DNA of 64,000 bases from Candidatus Omnitrophota bacterium (GTDB lineage: Bacteria > Omnitrophota > Gorgyraeia > Zapsychrales > JANLHA01), in the NCBI GenBank assembly GCA_963662715.1, contig OY759724.1, positions 1,818,662 to 1,882,661 on the forward strand, given 5' to 3'. The notes under the pieces were generated by a model. The model made no database searches. It was given only the letters and a program-made list of their open reading frames with translations, and was not told the origin of the DNA. The position numbers and the translations under genes are program-made. Below, piece by piece: positions 10,073 to 21,300 of the stretch (the first letter of the stretch is position 1; every line of letters begins with the position of its first letter).

Positions 10073-11239
10073 ATGGATATCGATAAACATATAGCATCCA
10101 TCCTCCGGGGGACAACGGAAATCATTAATTTGGAAAATTTAAGATCCAAGTTAACGAAATCTATGGAAACGCGGGAACCCCTTATTATTAAGGCGGGGTT
10201 TGATCCTACCGCGCCGGATATTCATCTGGGGCATGTTGTTCTCCTTCGCAAACTCAAACAGTTTCAGGACCTGGGGCACCGGGTCTTTTTCCTTATCGGG
10301 GATTTTACGGCGCAAATAGGCGACCCGTCCGGACGGGACCGGCTGCGTCCCAAAATGTCTCCGGAGATCGTGGCTCAAAATGCCCGGACGTACAAAAAAC
10401 AGGTCTTCAAAATTTTGGATCCCGACAAAACAGAGGTGGTATTCAACAGCCATTGGCTTTCGTCTTTAACGGCTCAGCAGATGTTGGAGCTGTCGGCTTT
10501 TTCGACCGTCGCGCAGATGCTGGCCAGAGCTGATTTCAAGAAGCGTTTCGAGGAGCAAAAAGAGATCAGTATGCTGGAATTTTTTTATCCTCTCTTGCAG
10601 GGCTATGATTCGGTTGTTTTGAAGGCGGACATTGAATGCGGAGGCTCGGATCAGAAATTCAATCTTCTGATGGGCCGGCAGTTGCAGGAGTCTTATCGGC
10701 AGGAACCCCAGGTCGTTATCATGACCCCGCTTTTGGAAGGAACGGACGGTGAGAAAAAGATGAGTAAATCCCTGGATAATTATATCGGCATTGATGAGGC
10801 TCCGGATAGTATCATGGGGAAGGTGATGTCGATTGATGACGAATTGATGATGCGGTATTATGAAATTTTAACCGAGGAAGATCTTGCTGACATAAAAAAT
10901 ATGCATCCCAAAGAGGCTAAGCTTTCTCTGGGAGAAAAGATTATTCAGTTGTTTCATGATGCCGACACCGCCCGGACAGCACGCGCTAACTTTGAAAAAA
11001 TATTCAGTCAGAAGCAACTGCCCGATGAGATGGCGGAATATGTTCTCCCGTCGGATAACTCTACGCTTTTGGTGGATATCCTGGTGGAAACCCAAGTCGC
11101 CCCTTCCAAAAAGGAAGCGCGGCGGTTAATAACGCAGGGCGCTGTCTCCTGGGAGGGGGAAAAAATTTCGCAGGAAGACTGGACGCCGCAAAAAGGTGTT
11201 CTGAAAATAGGGAAAAGACGTTTTCTCAAAATTGTTTGA
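10073..11239 (+). CDS. tyrS: Tyrosine--tRNA ligase
   Basis: Class I HIGH variant (DIHLGH), KMSKS motif, and a C-terminal S4-like domain. Confidence 0.92.
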   Translation: MDIDKHIASILRGTTEIINLENLRSKLTKSMETREPLIIKAGFDPTAPDIHLGHVVLLRKLKQFQDLGHRVFFLIGDFTAQIGDPSGRDRLRPKMSPEIVAQNARTYKKQVFKILDPDKTEVVFNSHWLSSLTAQQMLELSAFSTVAQMLARADFKKRFEEQKEISMLEFFYPLLQGYDSVVLKADIECGGSDQKFNLLMGRQLQESYRQEPQVVIMTPLLEGTDGEKKMSKSLDNYIGIDEAPDSIMGKVMSIDDELMMRYYEILTEEDLADIKNMHPKEAKLSLGEKIIQLFHDADTARTARANFEKIFSQKQLPDEMAEYVLPSDNSTLLVDILVETQVAPSKKEARRLITQGAVSWEGEKISQEDWTPQKGVLKIGKRRFLKIV

Positions 11240-11304
11240 AACAGGCCTCCTTCCTAACTGCAATGTTGGGAAGATGATATATTTCTGGCAAAAAAATAAA
11301 ATAC

Positions 11305-11333
11305 TTGACAAAATTAGGCTTGACATATATACT
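11305..11333 (+). promoter_or_regulatory. Near-consensus sigma70 promoter (TTGACA, 17-nt spacer, TATACT) upstream of tRNA-Thr/rpmG/tRNA-Trp/secE/nusG
   Basis: -35 TTGACA at 11305-11310, exactly 17 nt of spacer, and -10 TATACT at 11328-11333. It lies about 145 nt upstream of tRNA-Thr. Confidence 0.55.
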
Positions 11334-11479
11334 TTACTTTCATTTTATGATTTCATTGTAGGGTGTCCATTTACTAACTACAATGATATTTTTTTGTAAG
11401 TTAATTTTTGTGATTTTAAGTAAATAATAAATATATTGGCCCTTGCGCGAACAAACCATGACATTGCGATCATCAGATC

Positions 11480-11552
11480 GCCCCTGTAGCTCAGCCGGTA
11501 GAGCACGTCCTTGGTAAGGACGGGGTCACCGGTTCAAGTCCGGTCGGGGGCT
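11480..11552 (+). tRNA. tRNA-Thr (anticodon GGU)
   Basis: Hand-folded cloverleaf. Acceptor stem GCCCCUG/CGGGGGC, anticodon stem CGUCC/GGACG, loop UUGGUAA. CCA is not encoded. Confidence 0.9.
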
Positions 11553-11573
11553 CTGCGATAGAAAGAGAAAACA

Positions 11574-11726
11574 ATGCGAGAGAACATACAGTTTCAGTGT
11601 ACTGATTGTAAAAGGATTAATTATCAGAGCACGAAAGATAAAAAGAAAAAGCCGGAGCGGATTGAACTGAAGAAGTACTGTCGGTTTTGTCGCAAGCATA
11701 CGTTGCATCGAGAAACAAAAAAATAA
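11574..11726 (+). CDS. rpmG: 50S ribosomal protein L33 (Cys4 zinc-ribbon type). Not in the ORF track.
   Basis: 50-aa [53 protein letters not shown]. CxxC...CxxC and the position between tRNA-Thr and tRNA-Trp are canonical. Confidence 0.88.
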   Translation: MRENIQFQCTDCKRINYQSTKDKKKKPERIELKKYCRFCRKHTLHRETKK

Positions 11727-11780
11727 CATTATTTTACATCAGGCTGTGCTTCCAGTTTTTTGTCGAACACGGTGTAAAAT

Positions 11781-11854
11781 AGGCCTGTAGCTCCAACTGG
11801 CAGAGCAACGGTCTCCAAAACCGTGTGATGTAGGTTCGAATCCTACCAGGCCTG
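11781..11854 (+). tRNA. tRNA-Trp (anticodon CCA)
   Basis: Hand-folded. Acceptor AGGCCUG/CAGGCCU, anticodon stem ACGGU/ACCGU, loop CUCCAAA. Canonical location immediately upstream of secE. Confidence 0.9.
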
Positions 11855-11866
11855 CTTATAAAGATT

Positions 11867-12052
11867 ATGATTGCAAAAATAGGTAAATTTTTTTCCGAAA
11901 CCCTTGTTGAATTAAAAAAGGTGTCTTGGTCCACAAAGCAGGAGCTGAAGGATTCGACATTGATCGTCTTTGTCAGTTCGGCATTCTTGGCTTTATTCAT
12001 CTGGATCACGGATATGCTTCTTTCTAACTTTATCCGAATCCTCATTAAATGA
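11867..12052 (+). CDS. secE: Preprotein translocase subunit SecE
   Basis: 61 aa with a single C-terminal transmembrane helix. Conserved location before nusG. Confidence 0.85.
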   Translation: MIAKIGKFFSETLVELKKVSWSTKQELKDSTLIVFVSSAFLALFIWITDMLLSNFIRILIK

Positions 12053-12059
12053 TCGTGTT

Positions 12060-12590
12060 ATGGCTATGAAATGGTTTGTTATACATACTCAAACGGGCGC
12101 TGAAGAAAAAGCTAAAGCTGGTCTTGAAAGCCGAATGAATTCAACGAATCTTAAAGATTTTATTGAAGAGATTATTGTCCCCACAGAACAGGTCTCCGAA
12201 ATCCGCGGTGGCAAGAAACGCATCACAGCCCGCAAGTTTTTCCCGGGATACATCCTTGTGAAAATGGAAATGAATAAAGAGAGCTGGTATTTGGTCAAAA
12301 GCACTCCCGGGATCACGGGATTCATCGGTCCGGGACGTCGGCCGACGCCTATCTCCGAAGATGAAGTCAATGCTATTGTCCGCAGGACAGAAGACACCGA
12401 AACCAAACCAAGTCCGAAAGTCGTTTTTGAGGTCGGAGAGGCGATAAGGATCGCCGAGGGGCCTTTTTCGAATTTTAACGGGACCGTTACAGAAGTTTAT
12501 CCGGATCGAGGCAAATTAAAGGTCAGTGTTTCAATCTTTGGGCGGTCAACATTAGTGGAAATGGAATATTGGCAAGTGGAGAAAATATAA
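12060..12590 (+). CDS. nusG: Transcription termination/antitermination factor NusG
   Basis: NGN domain ([15 protein letters not shown]) and a C-terminal KOW domain. The start is set to ATG 12060 (MAMKW). The track start at 11970 would overlap secE. Confidence 0.9.
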   Translation: MAMKWFVIHTQTGAEEKAKAGLESRMNSTNLKDFIEEIIVPTEQVSEIRGGKKRITARKFFPGYILVKMEMNKESWYLVKSTPGITGFIGPGRRPTPISEDEVNAIVRRTEDTETKPSPKVVFEVGEAIRIAEGPFSNFNGTVTEVYPDRGKLKVSVSIFGRSTLVEMEYWQVEKI

Positions 12591-12591
12591 C

Positions 12592-13017
12592 ATGGCAAAA
12601 GAAGTCGTAGCGCAAATCAAATTATATGTTCCAGCGGGGCAGGCCAACCCGGCGCCGCCGGTGGGGCCGGCTTTAGGTCAGCACGGGGTCAACATCATGG
12701 GCTTCTGCAAGGCCTTTAATGAAAAAACCAAGGGGAGAGAAGGGCTGATTCTCCCGGCTGTTATTTCTGTTTATAAAGATAAATCTTTTGATTTTATCAT
12801 TAAGACCCCCCCGAGTTCGGTCTTGATTAAAAAGGCTGCTAATCTGGCGAAGGCGTCCGGAGCGGCAGGGAAAGAGAAAATAGCGACTTTAAATCGAGCT
12901 CAGGTAACAGAGATTGCTAAGACTAAAATGGAAGACTTGAACACGCAGGACATGGAGCAGGCAGTCAAAATTATCGAAGGCACGGCTCGGAGCATGGGAA
13001 TTGAGGTGGTTGATTAA
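12592..13017 (+). CDS. rplK: 50S ribosomal protein L11
   Basis: [23 protein letters not shown], the L11 signature. Confidence 0.95.
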   Translation: MAKEVVAQIKLYVPAGQANPAPPVGPALGQHGVNIMGFCKAFNEKTKGREGLILPAVISVYKDKSFDFIIKTPPSSVLIKKAANLAKASGAAGKEKIATLNRAQVTEIAKTKMEDLNTQDMEQAVKIIEGTARSMGIEVVD

Positions 13018-13018
13018 T

Positions 13019-13702
13019 ATGGTCAAATTATCGAAAAGAAAAAAAGAATTGAACGCTATCGCTAAAGAAAAACCGTCGTATACGTTGGAAGAGGCCATTC
13101 AGAATATCGACAAATTTCCACAGGTTAAATTTGATGAGACCGTCGAATTGCATTTAAGTTTAAATATTAACCCCAAAAGTTCCGACCAGGCCATCCGCGG
13201 AACCGTGATGTTGCCGCATGGGACAGGGAAAAAAATCCGTGTGGCTGTCTTTGCTAAAGGGGAAATGGTTCAAAAAGCGGAAGAGTGCGGGGCTGATATT
13301 GTGGGTTCCAACGAATTGATCGATAAAGTGGCTAAGGGATTTCTTGATTTTGATACTGTGGTCGCCACTCCGGATATGATGAGAGATTTAAGCAAATTGG
13401 GTAAAATTCTTGGCCCCAGAGGTTTGATGCCGAGCCCCAAGACCGGTACGGTGACAAACGATTTAGAACGGGTCATAAAGGAAGTCAAGGCCGGCCGGGT
13501 GGAATTCAAATCAGACAAGCAAGCGGGGATTCATGTGGGAATAGGAAAGAGGTCTTTCCCGAAAGAAAAATTGCTGGAAAATGCCCGTACGCTTATTGAT
13601 GCGATCCAGAATTTGAAACCGGCTGCGGTTAAAGGCCATTTATTCAAAACGGTCTGTCTTTCAACGACAATGGGGTCTGGGTTAAGAATTTTTGGTGTTT
13701 AA
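13019..13702 (+). CDS. rplA: 50S ribosomal protein L1
   Basis: L1 fold motifs. The start is moved to ATG 13019 (MVKLSKRKK), immediately after the rplK stop. Confidence 0.92.
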   Translation: MVKLSKRKKELNAIAKEKPSYTLEEAIQNIDKFPQVKFDETVELHLSLNINPKSSDQAIRGTVMLPHGTGKKIRVAVFAKGEMVQKAEECGADIVGSNELIDKVAKGFLDFDTVVATPDMMRDLSKLGKILGPRGLMPSPKTGTVTNDLERVIKEVKAGRVEFKSDKQAGIHVGIGKRSFPKEKLLENARTLIDAIQNLKPAAVKGHLFKTVCLSTTMGSGLRIFGV

Positions 13703-13736
13703 ATAATATTCCTTAAAAATTGATAAAGGTGTGATT

Positions 13737-14267
13737 ATGGGGAAAGTCGGGCGGTTATATAGAGAGAAGTTAGTCAGCTCCGTAAAAGACGGGCTGGAAA
13801 ACAATACAAGTGTTTTTATGCTGTCTTATTCCGGGGTTTCGGCCTCGCGGATGAGTGATTTGAGAAAAGATCTCAAGCGCATCGGCGCTAATGTTTATGT
13901 TTCAAAAAACCGTATTGCTCAGATTGCGTTGAAAGAGGTTCAGCAGGAGTCTTTGGCGAATACTGTCGGTGCTCAAACGGCTTTTGTCTGGACTAATAGT
14001 GATTCTGTGGCTGTTTCAAAGGCTTTGATGAAGTTTATAGAGAAATGTGAAACAGCTTCGGTTCAGGGAGGCCTGCTGGAAGGGGCCTTTTTGAGTAAGA
14101 GCGATGTCAAGCGGTTATCAGATCTCCCGACCAGGGACGTGTTATTATCGCAGCTTTTGTCGGTTATTGTGTCGCCTTTAACCCAGTTAGCCAGCGTATT
14201 GAACGGCAAAACTCGGGAACTGTTATCAATTTTGAAACAATTAAGTGAAAAAAAGGGAGGTAGTTAA
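13737..14267 (+). CDS. rplJ: 50S ribosomal protein L10
   Basis: L10-family sequence. Starts at the GTG at 13731 or the ATG at 13737 (AAAGGTG RBS). Confidence 0.9.
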   Translation: MGKVGRLYREKLVSSVKDGLENNTSVFMLSYSGVSASRMSDLRKDLKRIGANVYVSKNRIAQIALKEVQQESLANTVGAQTAFVWTNSDSVAVSKALMKFIEKCETASVQGGLLEGAFLSKSDVKRLSDLPTRDVLLSQLLSVIVSPLTQLASVLNGKTRELLSILKQLSEKKGGS

Positions 14268-14268
14268 G

Positions 14269-14718
14269 ATGTCAGAGAATGGTAATACAGTGGAAGAAAA
14301 ACAGGAGCAAAAGGAAAGCGTTGAGCTCTCGCCGAAACTCGAAGAAGTGGCGAAAATGATCGAAGGGTTGACCGCTTTGGAATTGGCCGACCTCGTTAAA
14401 GGGTTGGAAGACCGGTTCGGTATTCAGGCTGCTGCCCCGATGCCTGCGGGAATGATGATGGCGGGTATGCCGGCTGCCGGCGGAGCCGCTGCGGCAGAAG
14501 AAGAGAAGACTTCTTTCACCGTTGTTTTAGCGGAAATCGGTGCCAATAAAATATCGGTTATTAAGGAAGTTCGCGCTATCACGAACTTAGGTTTGAAAGA
14601 AGCTAAGGATTTGGTTGAGGGAGCTCCCAAGCCGATAAAAGAAGACGCGACGAAAGAAGAAGCTGAAGAGTTGAAGAAAAAATTGGAAGCGGCTGGCGCC
14701 AAAGTTGAATTGAAGTAA
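14269..14718 (+). CDS. rplL: 50S ribosomal protein L7/L12
   Basis: Ala/Glu-rich hinge and a conserved C-terminal domain (...[10 protein letters not shown]). The start is moved to ATG 14269 (MSENGN) with an AAGGGAGG RBS. The track start at 14245 overlaps rplJ. Confidence 0.93.
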   Translation: MSENGNTVEEKQEQKESVELSPKLEEVAKMIEGLTALELADLVKGLEDRFGIQAAAPMPAGMMMAGMPAAGGAAAAEEEKTSFTVVLAEIGANKISVIKEVRAITNLGLKEAKDLVEGAPKPIKEDATKEEAEELKKKLEAAGAKVELK

Positions 14719-14724
14719 CCTTTC

Positions 14725-14776
14725 GCGGCACTTGAGCTTATTATGGCAGCAGGCATAAAGTGCCGCTTGTTTAATC
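14725..14776 (+). terminator. rplL-rpoB intergenic hairpin followed by a T-rich tract (candidate attenuator/partial terminator)
   Basis: 9-bp inverted repeat GCGGCACTT...AAGTGCCGC (24-nt loop) followed by TTGTTTAAT. The position matches the classical rplL-rpoB attenuator of other bacteria. Confidence 0.5.
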
Positions 14777-14865
14777 ATAATATCTTTGGGATTTCTTCAT
14801 GGCTGATGGCAGGTATGAGGGATTAACCAAAATCAATTCCATAAACAAAGTACCCCTAAATCTAT

Positions 14866-17800
14866 ATGAAAAAATTAAAAGTTAGAAATTTCGGTAAGAT
14901 TAAAGATAACTTTGTGTTGCCTAACTTGTTAGATATTCAGCTTAAGTCATATGAGGATTTTCTGCAGTGGGATGCATCGCCGGAAGAAAGACGTGATCAA
15001 GGGCTGGAGGAGGTTTTTCGGGAAGTCTTTCCGTTGGAGAGTTATGACGGCCAGATTAAACTAGAATATATCAGTTATTATTTCGGAAAAGAAAAATATT
15101 CCAGCGCTGAATGTCAAAGACGCAGCATGACCTTTTGTTCGCCGTTGAAAGTCAAGTTAAGGCTTATCACTCCCATTGATATTAAGGAACAGGAAGTTTA
15201 TTTCGGTGATTTCCCCCTTATGACGGATACCGGGACGTTTATTATCAACGGTGACGAGCGCGTTGTCGTTTCCCAGATTCAGAGGCCGCCGGGCGTTTCT
15301 TTCGAAGAAGAAGTCCATCCTACGGGCAAAAGCATTTACCACGGCCGCATCATTCCTTCTCGGGGGGCATGGTTTGAAATCAAGTATGATCTGAACGATA
15401 ACCTTTTGGCGTATATTGACCGGAGACGGCACTTTCCGGCGACTCAAATCTTGCGGATTATGGGGCTGTCCAATGAAGAAGATATGCAGAAGCTGCTCGG
15501 CGATGAATTTACCAAGATGAAGAGCACGCTGGAGAAAGATCATACGACCAATAAAGAAGAGGCTCTGCTGGATTTTTACCGTAAAATGCGCCCGACAGAA
15601 CCGGCGACCATTGAAGTCGCCGAAGCTCTGTTTTTCCGTCTGTTTTTTGATCCCAAACGCTACGATCTCAGCAAAGTCGGGCGTTACATCATTAACCGGA
15701 AACTGGGGACAAACGTTGCCCTTGATAACCGGGTTCTCGATATTAATACGGTTGTGGCCGTGATTCAGTATTTGTTCGGGTTGCGTGAAAGCCGTGGGGA
15801 AGTGGATGATATCGACCATTTAGGGAACAGGCGTATCAAGACCGTCGGCGAACTTGTTCAGAACCAGGTCCGGATCGGGTTGGCCCGTCTGGAAAGATCC
15901 ATTAAAGAACGGCTTGTTGTGATGAGTTCCTTTGAAAATCTAACGGCTCATCATCTTATTAACTCCCGCCTTTTTTCCAACCAGATGCATGATTTTTTTG
16001 CCAGAAGCCAGTTATCGCAATTTATGGATCAGGTGAATCCTTTGGCTGAAATGACCCATAAACGACGTTTGAGTGCGTTAGGTCCCGGAGGTTTGTCCCG
16101 GGAAAGAGCCGGTTTTGAGGTCCGGGATGTCCACCCCACGCACTACGGCCGGGTTTGTCCTATTGAGACGCCGGAAGGTCCGAATATCGGGTTGATTTCT
16201 TCTTTGACGACGTGTGCGCGGGTGAATGATCTGGGTTTTATTGAGACGCCTTATTATAAGGTAGCCGATGGGAAAGTGACGCATAAGGTTGAATATTTGA
16301 CGGCGGATATTGATCAGACAAAATATATCGCGCAGGCCAATGCGGAAACCGAGGCCAACGGGGACATTATCGGTAAAGAGATTATCTGCCGCTATAAGAC
16401 CGATTTCCCCCGGGTGAAGCCGCAGCAGATTGATTATAAAGACGTTTCGACAAAACAGCTTGTGTCTGTGGCGACGTCCCTGATCCCGTTCCTGGAGCAT
16501 GACGACGCCAACCGTGCTTTGATGGGTTCTAATATGCAGCGGCAGGCTGTCCCGATCATGTCGACTGAAGTTCCTTTTGCCGGGACGGGGATGGAAGGGA
16601 AGGTGGCCCGGGATTCCGGGGTTGTCGTTATTGCCAAGGAAAGCGGAAAAGTCACCAAGGTTGACGCTCAGGAGATCGTCATCGGAGACTGTGTTCATCC
16701 GTTGAAGAATTTTCTGCGGTCCAATGCCAACACCTGTATTCTGCAAAAACCTCTCGTTAAGCCGGGAGAACACGTGGAGAAAGGGGATGTGATTGCTGAC
16801 GGAATGGCTACGAGGGACGGACGGATTGCCTTGGGCCGGAACGTTCTGGTCGCGTTTATGCCCTGGCGCGGGTATAATTTTGAAGACGCGATTCTGGTGA
16901 ACCAGAAACTGGTCCGGGAAGACATTTTTACGTCCATCCATATTGAAAAATTTGAAGTGGAAGCCCGGGAAACACGTCTGGGGAATGAGGAAATCACCCG
17001 CGATATCCCGAATGTCGGCGAAGATGCTTTGAGAAATTTGACCGAGGACGGGATTGTCCGTGTCGGGGCCGAGGTGAAAGCCGGTGATATCCTGGTCGGA
17101 AAAGTCACGCCCAAGAGCGAAAAGGAACTGTCTCCGGAAGAAAGGCTTTTACGGGCCATTTTCGGGGAGAAGGCCGCTGATATCCGGGATACCTCCCTGA
17201 CATTGTCTCCGGGGATAGAAGGCGTTATCGTTAACACGGAAATTTTTCAGCGGACAGAGCGCGGCCGGAAGTCCAAAGCGGATAAGGCGAAGGAACAGGA
17301 AGCCGTAGAAAAGATCAAGGATTACTATAAACAGGAAATCGAGTTTATAGAATCAGAGAGAGAAAAAAAGCTCTGTCAGCTTCTGAATATCTCCGCGAAA
17401 AAGTTAACGACAATGAATCTGAGTGATTTTGACGAAGACTCCGAAGTCCGGCAGACCGTGGAATTTTTTGAAAGTAAAGTCAATGAAATGCTGGAAGAGC
17501 AGCAGCATGAGATTGAAAGGGTTAAAAGAGGTGATGAACTCCCTGCCGGAGTTTTAAAGCGCGTGGTTGTCTATGTGGCCACAAAGAGAAAGTTGCAGGA
17601 AGGGGATAAAATGGCCGGACGCCACGGGAACAAAGGGATCGTGTCCCGTATCGTTCCCGAAGAGGATATGCCGTACCTTGAAGACGGAAGCCCGGTGGAT
17701 ATTGTCCTCAACCCGCTGGGAGTCCCTTCCCGTATGAACGTCGGGCAGCTTTTGGAAACGCATCTCGGATGGGTGGCGCATGCTTTGGGATTTTATGCGG

Positions 17801-18327
17801 AGACCCCGGTCTTTGACGGAGCGACAGAACAGGAGATCCGCGACTTAAGCAAAGAAGCCGGATTGCCGGAAGACGGCAAAACGCTTGTTTTTGACGGATT
17901 TACCGGAAAGAAATTCGACCAAAAAGTCACTGTCGGGTATATCTACATGCTTAAGCTTAACCACTTGGTTGATGAAAAAATTCACGCCCGTTCCATCGGG
18001 CCGTATTCACTCGTCACGCAACAGCCATTAGGCGGAAAGGCTCATTTCGGAGGTCAGCGCTTCGGTGAGATGGAGGTTTGGGCTCTGGAGGCTTACGGCG
18101 CGGCCTATACGCTTCAGGAAATGCTGACGGTGAAAAGTGATGATGTCAGCGGCCGAAGCCGTATCTACGAAGCGATCGTCAAGGGAGAACAAAAGTTGTC
18201 AACGGGCATACCGGAATCTTTTAATGTTCTGGTCAAAGAACTTCAAGGCTTGTGTTTGGATATACGGTTGGAAAAAGAAGAGCAGGACCAACATAATATC
18301 AAAGAGACAAAAGGGTCAAAAAAATAA
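14866..18327 (+). CDS. rpoB: DNA-directed RNA polymerase subunit beta
   Basis: 1153 aa with conserved rpoB blocks throughout. Confidence 0.97.
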   Translation: MKKLKVRNFGKIKDNFVLPNLLDIQLKSYEDFLQWDASPEERRDQGLEEVFREVFPLESYDGQIKLEYISYYFGKEKYSSAECQRRSMTFCSPLKVKLRLITPIDIKEQEVYFGDFPLMTDTGTFIINGDERVVVSQIQRPPGVSFEEEVHPTGKSIYHGRIIPSRGAWFEIKYDLNDNLLAYIDRRRHFPATQILRIMGLSNEEDMQKLLGDEFTKMKSTLEKDHTTNKEEALLDFYRKMRPTEPATIEVAEALFFRLFFDPKRYDLSKVGRYIINRKLGTNVALDNRVLDINTVVAVIQYLFGLRESRGEVDDIDHLGNRRIKTVGELVQNQVRIGLARLERSIKERLVVMSSFENLTAHHLINSRLFSNQMHDFFARSQLSQFMDQVNPLAEMTHKRRLSALGPGGLSRERAGFEVRDVHPTHYGRVCPIETPEGPNIGLISSLTTCARVNDLGFIETPYYKVADGKVTHKVEYLTADIDQTKYIAQANAETEANGDIIGKEIICRYKTDFPRVKPQQIDYKDVSTKQLVSVATSLIPFLEHDDANRALMGSNMQRQAVPIMSTEVPFAGTGMEGKVARDSGVVVIAKESGKVTKVDAQEIVIGDCVHPLKNFLRSNANTCILQKPLVKPGEHVEKGDVIADGMATRDGRIALGRNVLVAFMPWRGYNFEDAILVNQKLVREDIFTSIHIEKFEVEARETRLGNEEITRDIPNVGEDALRNLTEDGIVRVGAEVKAGDILVGKVTPKSEKELSPEERLLRAIFGEKAADIRDTSLTLSPGIEGVIVNTEIFQRTERGRKSKADKAKEQEAVEKIKDYYKQEIEFIESEREKKLCQLLNISAKKLTTMNLSDFDEDSEVRQTVEFFESKVNEMLEEQQHEIERVKRGDELPAGVLKRVVVYVATKRKLQEGDKMAGRHGNKGIVSRIVPEEDMPYLEDGSPVDIVLNPLGVPSRMNVGQLLETHLGWVAHALGFYAETPVFDGATEQEIRDLSKEAGLPEDGKTLVFDGFTGKKFDQKVTVGYIYMLKLNHLVDEKIHARSIGPYSLVTQQPLGGKAHFGGQRFGEMEVWALEAYGAAYTLQEMLTVKSDDVSGRSRIYEAIVKGEQKLSTGIPESFNVLVKELQGLCLDIRLEKEEQDQHNIKETKGSKK

Positions 18328-18329
18328 TT

Positions 18330-21300
18330 ATGGCGACTATAAAAAAAGAACAGATACAGGAAGATCGTATTACGATTAAAATTGCTGCTCCGGACATTAT
18401 CAAGTCGTGGTCTTACGGCATTGTCAAGAAAGCTGAGACCCTGAATTACCGGACCCTAAAACCGGAAAAGGACGGCTTGTTTTGCGAGCGTATTTTCGGG
18501 CCTGTCCGGGACTGGGAATGTAACTGCGGCAAATATAAAGGCATCAAGTTCAAGGGGATTACCTGTGACCGCTGCGGGGTCACCGTCACCCGTTCCTCTG
18601 TCCGCCGGGAGCGGATGGGGCACATCGAGCTGGCCTGTCCCGTGACGCATATCTGGTTTTATAAGGCTGTCCCGAGCCGTTTGTCGGCTTTGATGCAGAT
18701 TTCGCTGCGCGACCTGGAGAAGCTGATTTACTATGAAGAATATGTCGTGATCGATCCGGGCGATACCCCTTTAAAGAGAAAAGAATTTTTATCTGAAGAT
18801 AAATATCAGGAAGCGATCGTGAAATACGGCGGGGCATTCAAAGCCAAAATAGGCGCCGAGGCGGTCAGGGAACTTTTAAAAGATATTGATCTAAGTGCCC
18901 TCTGCAAGAAACTCAGAAAAGATTTGGAGAAAGCGACTCCTGCCGGGACAAACGCAAAAAAGATTGCCAAAACACTTAAGATTGTCGAGGACTTTAAAAT
19001 TTCCGGGAATAAGGCGGAATGGATGGTCCTGGATGTGATTCCTGTTATCCCGCCGGATCTGCGGCCATTGGTCCCGCTGGAAGGCGGCCGGTTCGCAACC
19101 TCGGATTTGAACGATCTCTACCGCCGGGTCATTAACAGAAACAATCGTCTTAAGAAACTGATAGATTTAAAAGCCCCGGAAATCATCATCCGGAATGAAA
19201 AAAGAATGCTGCAGGAAGCTGTTGACGCTCTCCTGGACAACGGCCGGCACGGACGTCCTGTTTTGGGGTCCGGCAATCGACCGCTGAAATCATTATCCGA
19301 TATGCTGAAGGGGAAGCAGGGGCGTTTCCGTATGAATTTGTTGGGTAAGCGTGTCGACTATTCCGGTCGCTCGGTTATCGTTGTGGGCCCGACACTGCAG
19401 CTGCACCAGTGCGGTTTGCCTAAGAAAATGGCTCTGGAGCTTTTTGAGCCTTTTATCATCCGGGAGTTGCGGGAAAAAGGCTTTGTCCACACGATTAAGG
19501 GTGCTAAGCGCATGGTGGAACGGGCGAAGGTTGAAGTCTGGGATATTTTAGACGAAGTCATCAAAGATCATCCCATCATGCTCAACCGAGCGCCTACGTT
19601 GCACCGTTTAAGTATTCAGGCTTTTCAGCCGGTGCTGGTGGAAGGCAAGGCCATAAAATTGCATCCGCTGGTATGTACCGCCTTTAATGCCGATTTTGAC
19701 GGGGACCAGATGGCTGTGCATTTGCCGTTGTCTTTGGAAGCGCAGATCGAGTGCCGTCTGCAGTTGTTGTCGGTCAACAATCTTTTTTCGCCTGCGGATG
19801 GGCGCCCGATCGTCTCTCCCACCCAGGACATGGTTTTAGGCCTGTATTATCTCACAAAGGACAGGGAAGAGGAGCAGGAGGACCGGATCTTCGGGGACAA
19901 AGACGAAGCTATCATTGCTTACAATGACGGGCAGATCCAATTGCACACCGGCATTAAACTGCGGCTGGAGACCCAGGTCTGGGGGGATGAAAAACCGTCC
20001 TTGATTATTTCTCAGGAAAAAGCACTTGTCGGGGAAAAACCCGAAGAAAGAAGGAGAATTTCCAATAAGCAGATTATTGAAACGACCGTCGGAAGAATTT
20101 TGTTCAATGAGCTTCTCCCCGCGGCATATGGTTTTGTGAACGACACCATGGATAAAAAACGCATCGGGGCTGTTATCGCCGATTGCTATAAACGTTTCGG
20201 TCAGAACACGACGGTTAACCTGCTGGATAAGCTTAAGGAGTTCGGGTTCAATATGGCGACGGAAGCCGGGATTTCCATCGCGATCGCTGACTTGACGAGC
20301 CCCCAACAGAAGGAAGTGCACATCAAAGAAGCGAAGCAGGAAGTGGCTAAGGTTGAAGATCAGTACCGGAAGGGGATTATTACCGGCCGGGAGCGTTATA
20401 ATAAAGTTATCGATATCTGGACCCACACAACGGAAAAGATTTCAGATTTGGTGTTCAAACAGATGGATGCTTTTAATCCGGTTTTTATTATGGCGGACTC
20501 CGGAGCCCGGGGTTCCCGGCTGCAGATACGCCAGCTTTCCGGTATGCGCGGGCTGATGGCGAAGCCTTCCGGAGAAATTATTGAGAACCCTATTACGGCG
20601 AGTTTCCGTGAAGGGCTGACGGTTTTGGAATATTTTATCTCAACGCACGGCGCCCGGAAAGGTCTGGCGGATACGGCTTTGAAGACCGCTGACGCCGGAT
20701 ACCTGACCCGACGGTTGGTTGATGTGGCTCAGGAATGCGTTGTGACGGAGTTGGATTGCGGGACAGTAAACGGGATTACCGTTTCGGCTATCGTTGAGGG
20801 GGACGAACTGGTTGTCAGCCTGCGGGAACGCATTATCGGACGGGTGGCTTTGGACAGTATCGTTGATGTCATTACGGATCAGGTCGTTGTTGAGGCCGGA
20901 GAACAGATTACCGAGGAGAAGGCTGCCATGATCGAGCAGCTGGGTATTGAGAAGGTCCGCATCCGCAGCGTCTTGACCTGTGAATCTGACCGAGGAGCAT
21001 GCCAGAAATGTTACGGACGTAATCTTGCCTCGCAAAGGCTTGTGGAGATTGGGGAGGCGATCGGCGTTATCGCGGCGCAGAGTATCGGGGAGCCGGGAAC
21101 ACAGCTGACCATGCGTACGTTTCATATCGGTGGTACGGCCAGCCGGGCGGTCGAACAGTCATTTTACCGTTCCAAAAATAAAGGTATTATCAAGTATCAC
21201 CAGCTTCGCGTGGTTGAGAGAAACAAAGAATTTGTCGTTTTGAACAGGAACGGCGCCATCAGTATTAACAATGAGTATGGCCGGGAATTTGAGCGGTATC

